This document shows, one piece after another, positions 55,615-64,000 of a stretch of DNA of 64,000 bases. Source of the DNA: Eledone cirrhosa (Eukaryota); the NCBI GenBank assembly GCA_964016885.1, contig OZ024755.1, forward strand, positions 7,998,001-8,062,000. Reading direction: 5' to 3'. A program made the translations under genes and the position numbers. The notes under the pieces were generated by a model. It saw only the letters and a program-made list of their open reading frames with translations. It searched no databases and was not told the DNA's origin. Numbering within the stretch: the stretch's first letter is position 1; each line of letters starts with the position of its first letter.

Positions 55615-58499
55615 TTTTATGTAATCAGTTTCACCGCCCCAATTAAGGACATTGATACAAAGATATAAGTTTTATTTTAGCATTTAGTTTTAATAAAGAA
55701 AAGAAGAAACATTTGCATTTTAATTGCCAATAATATTTGTTCATTAATTGTAGATGATGATCAATGATGATATAATTCGATATTTAATGTGCTACAAGAA
55801 TACGCAACTGTCTATTAGAGTAGTTGTTTAATGAACTTTAATTGACATAAACAGGCTTTTGTACGCCAGAAGTGTTCGTTAATTTTCTAATTTATAACCA
55901 AATTAATTAATATATTGAAGCCTAGATTTTTTTTCGTTTTCTCAGTTTTCCTAATTTTGTATTTGGAGAAATGTAAATAAAAACAAACTAACTAAATCTT
56001 CAATACACTCCCTTTATAAAATAATTGACTTCCGATATTCTGGTAGTTGTTATATTCAATTAAACTTTTAAATATCAACACACTCTTGTTAAAGTATCGT
56101 AATTTAACTGGAATCTCCATTGTTAGTTAAAGTTGTTACTGTATTAAATTAATTATGTCGCTAAACCTCTTTTAATTCTATTCCCAATAATGAGACGCCA
56201 AACTTCGTTTTTGTTGTTTGTTTTATTACAAATACATCTTGGAAAGTATAAATTAAACTGATATTTCTTATCCAAGAATTTTCTTTTTTAATATGCAAAT
56301 TAACGGAATTGGAATTTTCACATTACTCTAAATTTAAATTTAGTAACATGCAATCTCTATTAAGCATAATTCCTGCCCATGTACGTTAAGTTAATTTAGT
56401 TTCGTATTTACAAGTTTCGAAATAGATTTTCTATTTTTGTTGGAAATAATTTTATCAACGTAAATTTACAAAATACATAAAAAAAACAACACATTTTAAT
56501 TTTTACACCATGTTATATGTTAGAGGCGGTATCGGTAGAGTCTGACAACATGCTTTTTGACACAGAGTTGCGCCCCTTTACGTTCTGAGTTCAAATCCCG
56601 CTGAAGTTAGCTTACCTGTCATCCTTAAGGGATTGATAAAATATAGTACCAGTAACGCATTTGGATCTATTTAATCGACTTTCACCTCGCCCCAAAATTG
56701 TTGGCCTCTTGCCTGAATCAGAAACCATTATTTTTATGTTATAGGGTAGAATTTCGGAATAACATTTCACAGTATGTTAATGTAGTTTCATATTCAGATA
56801 TCAATGACAAATTAATATCAGTACTTTAACTTTGGTATTCTAACTTTCTGCCCAACCGATTCTCTAAAATTCTGTTAAAGAAATGAATGCTGAGATTCAC
56901 ACCAAAGAAATAGAGGAGACCTATTCCATTGCCAAATGTTAATATAGAGCGATGTGAGGGACATAATTTGTCAGCTACATATCTGCTGGAGCAGTGCTCG
57001 CCAACCTTTTGGACCTTTCAGACCACTAAATTCACAATTTTAAATTCTGCGGAACACTAATATGAATTTTTTTTTAAAAAGATAAATATATTAAAATTTT
57101 TCTGCAGACCACTGGTTGGAGTATATTTGGTGGCAAATGAACAAGAATCACTTCTTCGATCTCGCTTCCTTTATAATACATTACTATAATGTGTGGAGTT
57201 TCGGAATAAGCACCACAATAGCCATACTGTTTATATTTATTATTTTTAGGGAATAGTGTTTGAAATTCTTCTTGGGAGATTCAGTTTTGCAAAAATTAAA
57301 ATAGAACAAAAATAATTTGTAGAGATTTTTTCACATTTGGTTGCTATCTTTTGTATATGAAGAGGCCATGTACAAGAAATTTCCATACTTCTTTACAGAG
57401 TGGATTGGAGGGTTCTTACCATACTAGCACATTACAGAGTGGACTGGGTGTTATGGTAGCACCAGCACTACTACTTCACAGAATAGACTGGGTGCCTTTT
57501 ATCAATGCACCAGCACTACCACTTTACAGAGTAGACTGTGTTATTCACACTCAGAGCTACTGAAGCATGGAACTACCTGCATCCTTCAAAATTTCCATGC
57601 TTCCCAGAATTCGCAAACACTACACCTGATATCACCCCTCCAAACACATGTATGTATGTGTGTATATCATGACTCATACACTGTTCACTTTCCTGACTTT
57701 TGTGCAGTATTCTATGTACTATACATGCATCATTGATGAGTTGTAGTGCACCTGAGCACTGTACACAAAACTTTTCATTATTATTTATTATTTTTATCAT
57801 AACACCAGCAGGGACATTTTCTCATGTTTTAACGGGCTGTTTAATTACCAATTCATCATTTAACCTGTTTTCTTCTGATAGCAAGGGTCAATTCAGATAC
57901 ATCTAGAAATCAGAGTTATGCTTGATGAAGAGAAACAGATCAATTCGACTTTGGGTTGAGAAGTCTCTTCAGTCATCTCAAGGAAATAACAATCACCCTT
58001 GTTGTGGTGACATAAAATGCACCCAGTACACTCTGTATAGTGACTGGCTTCAGGGATGGTATCCAGCTGTAGAAATCATGCCCAAACTGCAATATATGAG
58101 ATATGACCCCAGGCTCATCTAGGAGGATATTAGCTTTGATCAAGTGCAGACATATTTTCTAACAACCTGTCCAACGTACATTAGCATGGAAAAATGGATG
58201 ATGACTTTGCAATACCCCTTCCTCATACCTGTGCAGTTGTCTTTCTACCTTGAATTATTCAGCTGCACTCATGCAACATTACATATGTAATACACTGTAC
58301 ATTTAATCCCTCTCCAGTTTTCACAGATCTTTTACATTTCGTATTTCTGTTTAATTACTATGCAGAATCCCAATTCTTACTAAAGCTTCATACAGTCTGC
58401 CTCTTGCAGAGAAACATTTTGTGGACAAAGGCAATAACTGTATAATCTTCCTTATTCTAGCTATTACATCCACTAATTAAACAATCTAGGTAATAGAAA

Positions 58500-58910
58500 G
58501 CTATTACCCAGCCAGCATACATAATCATTAATTGTTACAAGGCAAAAGGTGATGTTTTAGAGCAGTGTTCTCAACCTTTCTTTGCCAATGACACACCTTG
58601 GAACACATGAAAAAATAGTGGCACACCTGACTAAATATATATGAAAAATATTTGAATTTTACAAAATAAAATTTCGCAGCACACTGGTTGAGAATCAGCT
58701 TTAGAGGAATTAAACTGATAGTTCAAGTTATGAAGGTGACAGAAAAAGTCTCAGCTCAATTAATTAGAGAAATAATCACCAAATTAGAAGTGACAAATTT
58801 TGGATTTATGCCAAGAAGTAATACAACCAATACCCATTTCTTAGTAAACCAACTACAAGAGATATTCCTAGCTAAGTATGAGCCAATATATCTAGCTTTT
58901 GTTGGCTGAG
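58500..58910 (+). mobile_element. RTE RT fragment interrupted by a hAT-like MITE (58563-58698)
   Basis: NCYKAKGDVLE | RGIKLIVQVMKVTEKV...NFGFMP; the insert has CAGTGTTCTCAACC...GGTTGAGAATCAG ends and a near 8-bp duplication ttttagag/ctttagag. Confidence 0.7.
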
Positions 58911-59323
58911 AGGATTCTTCAATCATTAAAATGAAAAAGCACTATTTTTCCAATAGTGAATTCTTCACTTTGCTGATATCAACTCTGTATATGCCTTGTG
59001 CTACTCAAGTTTTCATAATCATAAGATGAAAGAAACCTCTTCCTGGGCAGTAGAGATTAATTTATAGGCAAACAGACATACATTAACTAGGTTGTAAAAT
59101 CTGAAGCTAGTAGTTAGAAAATTTACTAAAACAATGGACTACTACCTTAAGGACTGGCTTTTATTTAACAAGAAATTAAAGACAGAACAACAAATGAAAA
59201 AACAAACTAAATTTTGTTTATATAAATAGTGAAACTTTATACATGGTTAACACCATATGGCATTTCTACAAACGCCATGTCTATAAACTTATCAGGTGGT
59301 TTAGATGGATAATTTAACAGCTA

Positions 59324-61160
59324 TCAGGAATACATGTCAGAATTAGGATTTTCAACATCCGTGGGACGTTTCACTGAAAAAATAGAAAATATAATTATGA
59401 TAATTGTTATTCATATCAAATACCTTTAAAATTTATTAAATTACAACAAAAATTATAATGAAGTGATAAGTTAGAATAAAATAACTATTTACCAATATAG
59501 CGTGTCTTATACTTGAATTGTGATTCTCCAAGATAATTGGAATATTGTACCAGTCCAGCCCAGCCAATAATACCTGTTGAAGGTAAAAGGTATAATAATG
59601 ACATAGTGTGTATACAATATTATATATATATATATACGTAAAAATGTGCTTCTTTTTGTTTAACCCTTTAGCATTTAAATCGGCCTTATCCGGTTATAAT
59701 TCTCTCACCTCTTTCTGTTCAAATTGGCTGTAATTGGTCGCTCATACTGATGTTAAGGTATTGTTCTCAAAATAAATAATATCAAAATCTCATAGATTCA
59801 ATATTATGTGAGATAAAGCATTTACAGTGAAAATATAATAGTAAATATAGAGTAATGTAAATGTTAAAGGGTTAAAGACATACAAAAAAAAAAAAATGAT
59901 AATTTGGAATAATTAAATAAAGAGCTTGAATCCCATCACAGGAATCCATGAGTCAATGGTCATCCAATAATGTCTAGAAAAAAAAATGTGTACTTCCATC
60001 TACTCTGCTTGTGGAATTAAAGTGCAAGTGGCTGAGCATTCCACAGACACATGTACCATTAATGTAGTTCTCAGAGAGATTCAGTTTGACACATGACATA
60101 GCTCCCCTTCGAATTACAGGTACAACTCATTTTTGCCAGCTGAGTAGACTGGAGCAACATGAAATAAAGTGTCTCGCTCAAGAATACCCCATACCACCGG
60201 GAATCGAACTCACTACTTTATGATCGTGAGTCGAATGCCCTAACCAATAAGCCATGCACCTTCACTTTTACAACTATGAAAACATATCCTATATTACCTA
60301 TTGTTAAATAAACCATAGATCCTACAATCTCTGGGTTTTCATGCCAGCCTTCTTTAAGGATTTGTACAAGACCTAAAAATAAAAGAATACAATATCAATA
60401 CAAAAGAAAATGCGATATTAAAATTTAAAAATTGTATTAATTATATATCATTTAAGATTTTCTACAAGCGATGTAGAAAAAAACTAATTGACATATACAC
60501 AAAACTATTCTCTTCAACCAACAAGTATCCTCTATGGGTTCATTTTCTCTGCTAGAAACAACAGCCAAATTTCTTGTATGTCACACCTTATCGTTTGACC
60601 CTGGTTATACGATACAGAGCTGTTTATTCTAGTGTTCATATTTATTTAAGAAACCTCATATCATAATTTTATGTAAAAACTTTTAATGCTATGCTATAAA
60701 CACCAGATTAATAAAAAGAAAGTTAGTTATATTACAAAATCCCTCAAAATTGTTGATTCGTTTCAAAATTCTTTTCAAAGTCACAGGTAGTGTCTTTTAT
60801 TAGAAACAGTGTAACAAAAATTATTTACACCTTACCAGTATATAGGGATGTTATGTAAGGTTCTTAGAGTTATGCAGATATAATTTAGATATTTATATCT
60901 TTGTTACAAAGTATGTACTATGTAAATGACATCCAAACATTAAATCGAAAAATATTTTTAGAACTTTACAGTGCTCGTACAAGGTTAATTTTCAATTTTA
61001 CAAAAAGGAAATATTTAAAACCACAAGACACCCATCGAAGAATAAAGAACATATATAAATACTTAAAGCCAAGATTTTAAATTTCTCATATATCTAATCA
61101 TTTAAACTTACCTTTGCCCTTGAAAAGGCGGCTCCAACCTCCAATGAGAGGACGAGACAT
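59324..61160 (-). CDS. NDUFA3: NDUFA3-like (B9) mitochondrial complex I accessory subunit, 84 aa; exons 61160-61112, 60372-60298, 59573-59493, 59373-59324
   Basis: Four GT-AG exons (49,75,81,50 nt; all phase 1) give MSRPLIGGWSRLFKGKGLVQILKEGWHENPEIVGSMVYLTIGIIGWAGLVQYSNYLGESQFKYKTRYIVKRPTDVENPNSDMYS*. The L-K-x-x-W-x-x-x-P-x-x-V motif before a single TM helix and YK..Y.V.R..D resemble NDUFA3 and its Drosophila counterpart CG9034 as recalled. Gene structure is solid; the identity is from memory. Confidence 0.8.
59660..59875. mobile_element. piggyBac-type MITE
   Basis: TTAA-CCCTTTAGCATTTA ... TAAATGTTAAAGGG-TTAA. Confidence 0.85.
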
Positions 61161-61181
61161 TTTGATTTTGCGAAAAGTAAA

Positions 61182-61208
61182 CAGGAACCGGAAGTATGAG
61201 TCACGTGA
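61182..61208. promoter_or_regulatory. Proximal promoter motif cluster of the NDUFA3-like gene (ETS/GABP, AP-1, USF/CLEAR-type E-box)
   Basis: ACCGGAAGT 61187-61195, TGAGTCA 61197-61203 and TCACGTGA 61201-61208 lie 27-48 nt upstream of the ATG; an extra CAGGAA is at 61182. Confidence 0.55.
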
Positions 61209-62049
61209 TCAATTATCAAAACACCAACTACTACATTCTGCAGTCCAGTTCCCATCAATTCTCTTAGCGAAATCTTTAACATTTTATTTAATTAATACGA
61301 TTATATAATGAATATAATTTACAAAACAAACATATCAATAGAAATTAATTGGAGGCAAAGAAATGGGAGAAGCCATGCATGCCTAAATGGGAATACTGGT
61401 GTTTGCCTCTACAGTGTTCTAGTTCCTCGATCAAAGGAACAGCCTGCTTGTTAAATTAACGTGTAAATTATATCTGAGTATTCCATAGATAAGTTGTACA
61501 TCGGGCCTGTCGTCTGTATTGAACGACACTACAACTCTACTTTTCAATAGTACTCTCTCAGATTTAGAGTTCTTTCAGTGATATGCTTATTCCGAAAATT
61601 TACCTTAGAATTATTGCAAATTAAAATGTATATTCTGACGTATGAATATTCTGGAGCACCCCACTTTGTACAAAAAAAAAATTAAATAAATAAACCTTTT
61701 AAGGTAAAATCGTATTACACGTCCATTAAAAATAATAGATACGGATGAGTTGTTCCCCCTGTTTTTCCCTGTTGTATTAACACAATTTCTTTTTACTTCT
61801 CGTGCATTCTGCATTTCGCTACATTATTTTAGCCCTTCGTTACATGTACTTTATCTTATAGACTCTTTAAGGATGTAGGGTAAAGCTAACTTCGGCGGAG
61901 ATTTGAACGCTGAAATTAAATTGATGTAACTCTATGCCGTTAAGCATGTTACCCAGTGCTCTACCTACACTGCCAATCCACCTCCCTAATAATTATTTCT
62001 TTATTAACCACAAAGGGCTCACGCGAAGAAAACATTAAGGAAAGAACAG

Positions 62050-62800
62050 GACGATACAGTGTTTTATTTAATTATTTATTTATTTTTATAAAAAATAACA
62101 AAAACAACAACATATGATAAAGAGGCTATTTCTCGGTCACTGACTGTCCTCTCACAAGTGCCGCTTGCTTTCTGCAAGTACTAAATTCTCGCGTAGCTAG
62201 AGTGATGGTTTGCCAGTGGCCTACTTCGTCTAGAGGAGCTCTGTATCTCCACTGCACTCAGTATTGTAGCCTATGGGAGATTTAAATGTTGTGGCAGGTT
62301 CCTTGATTCCACAGATCTTCGTAGGTTGTCTTACCACCTGAATGTAGGTAGCACCGCTTGCCATACCAAGGTGAGCCTGAGTAGCAAGTGGATCCTAACC
62401 AAAGTCAATATCCCCTTAATTCTGGGGTCAGCTGGTTCGTCCAGACAGTCATGAATTTCGGACAAATGAGGCACTGTGCTAATTAAGTTATGAGGCTCCC
62501 TTATTTGGGCCCTGAAGGAGCTAAAAAAAAAATCTTTTGGCAGGAAGTTAGCCTCCACTCCTGGCCAACGGGGCTTTGTGCTTAAGCACACCTAAGCACA
62601 ATAGTAAATCCAGCACTGCGTTCAGGGTTGCCCCTGGGTAAGAAGCAGGTGTCCTGTAAGATGCAGATGTCTCATTTGGGGTGTCCCAATTAGCAACTCT
62701 TTTGCACCTTCCCACACCCTGGATGTTGCGGTGAAGGTGAGGGCCACTACATCCACAGCCGAACGGAATAAAATTCTCAAATTCCAGGAATTATTGGCAA
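62050..62800 (-). mobile_element. Heavily decayed RLE-type (CRE-like) non-LTR remnant
   Basis: GC-richer island; minus strand has REPHNL and a frameshifted RPDG..P..G..L.WD-like segment. Confidence 0.4.
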
Positions 62801-63138
62801 ACTATGGTTTTTAGCCTGCGGCATTCGAGACATTTATATACATACATACATAAAATATAAATTGTTTATGAATAAATAAATATTCTTTCATTAATGTTTA
62901 TTAATAAACGATTATTATGTAATTAGTATTTACTAATCATTTATTCTTTTATTTAATTGACATTTCTTCCGTCAGTTTTATGTTTACATTTGAAAATCGA
63001 AATTCTATACTGTTTATAAATAGTAGTGTGAGTAAGCAAAGGAAAATATAAACAAAACAATGTTAATAATTTTAAACGGAATATTTCTTCAGAATGGATT
63101 GTTTTCCATGATCACCGTTTAAGTAATTTTCCGTACAG

Positions 63139-63230
63139 CTCATTCCCGAAGCAGCTGGCTTGAATAGTATTATGAACGAGTACCTTCAGAAACCGCTTGG
63201 CTTGGATGTATGCCTTTCACGAACAATGAG
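63139..63230 (+). other. Candidate exon of an unidentified gene continuing beyond the window
   Basis: Acceptor ttttccgtacag and donor ag/gtaatg; open frame LIPEAAGLNSIMNEYLQKPLGLDVCLSRTM; more GC-rich than its flanks. No recognisable family. Confidence 0.3.
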
Positions 63231-63236
63231 GTAATG

Positions 63237-63270
<34 letters not shown>

Positions 63271-63910
63271 CTTCTAATTGACTCAATTTTATTGGGATTT
63301 ATTATATACCCTACAAGTAAGCAACTAGATGAAGAAATAATTATAAAAAAATTAAATGTCATATATTTGTTTTTATTTCAGTTTTTATTTTATTCGGCAT
63401 CTATTCTGCTGCAGATCTTTGTGATAAAGATCCATTTATAGATTTTAATCCTAAATAAAATTTATTGTAGTTTTTCTTCGCTATAATAAAGCAATATTAT
63501 CGTCGGCTCTAAGTGTATTTAGCAATAATCTAAGCATGGTCTCTCCATGAGCTAATAAATCGTTAATTAGTCTTTTGGAACAGTTATACAAGACCAGGGA
63601 GATAACCTCTGTTCCACGCATGTTTTTATACCGTATTAGAAAAATATTTTCTCACATGTAGTCTCAATTGATTATTATTCTTTGTTGCGAATTTTCTATC
63701 TGATTGGCTAATTGTTCTTGGAAAAAAAACGCATTAAGTTTTGATTGATGACTATCCATTACTTGTATTACATACATTATATATATATATACATATATCA
63801 CCCCCCCCCCACTCTCAAGCGTGAAACTAATATTAACATTTTGTACTGCCTCTTCGCTTCCTCATTGTTGTTTTTTTTTGTTTTCTGTTTCAACTATAAT
63901 ATATATATAT

Positions 63911-64000
63911 AGGAAAATGTTCAAGACCCCGACGGCAGAGCTCCAGAAATAGCCGTCGAAACGGCTTCAGCTCTGCCGTCGGGGTCTTGAACATTTTCCT
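63911..64000. repeat. Perfect hairpin, 32-bp arms, 26-nt loop (family D)
   Basis: 63911-63942 is the exact reverse complement of 63969-64000; the loop contains a sub-hairpin AGCCGT-cgaa-ACGGCT. Confidence 0.92.

Overview
AT-rich, microsatellite-saturated eukaryotic genomic DNA; the SINE, RTE and (TA)n landscape suggests an octopod cephalopod (inferred, not proven). About 1-33 kb has no supportable protein-coding gene. It consists of (TA)n/(CA)n/trinucleotide arrays, several minisatellites, tRNA-derived SINEs, decayed non-LTR retrotransposons, MITEs and many short inserts inside (TA)n tracts. About 33-64 kb holds a compact housekeeping cluster reconstructed by hand with GT-AG splicing: SEM1/DSS1 (+, 3 exons, 77 aa), an ABHD16-family lipase with an intronless CDS (+, 520 aa), PDSS1 (-, 10 exons, 415 aa) and an NDUFA3-like complex I subunit (-, 4 exons, 84 aa, absent from the ORF track). 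Nearly all other ORF-track entries are microsatellite artefacts. The most unusual signals are RNA-structural. (i) A two-copy motif (5764-5865 and 32511-32611) contains all hammerhead core elements in a permuted, multiply pseudoknotted order, with compensatory base changes between the copies. (ii) Several families of (TA)n-embedded, fold-back, Penelope-like remnants carry variant hammerheads (CNGANGA core). No structure prediction, alignment or database search was run; all pairings were read by eye.
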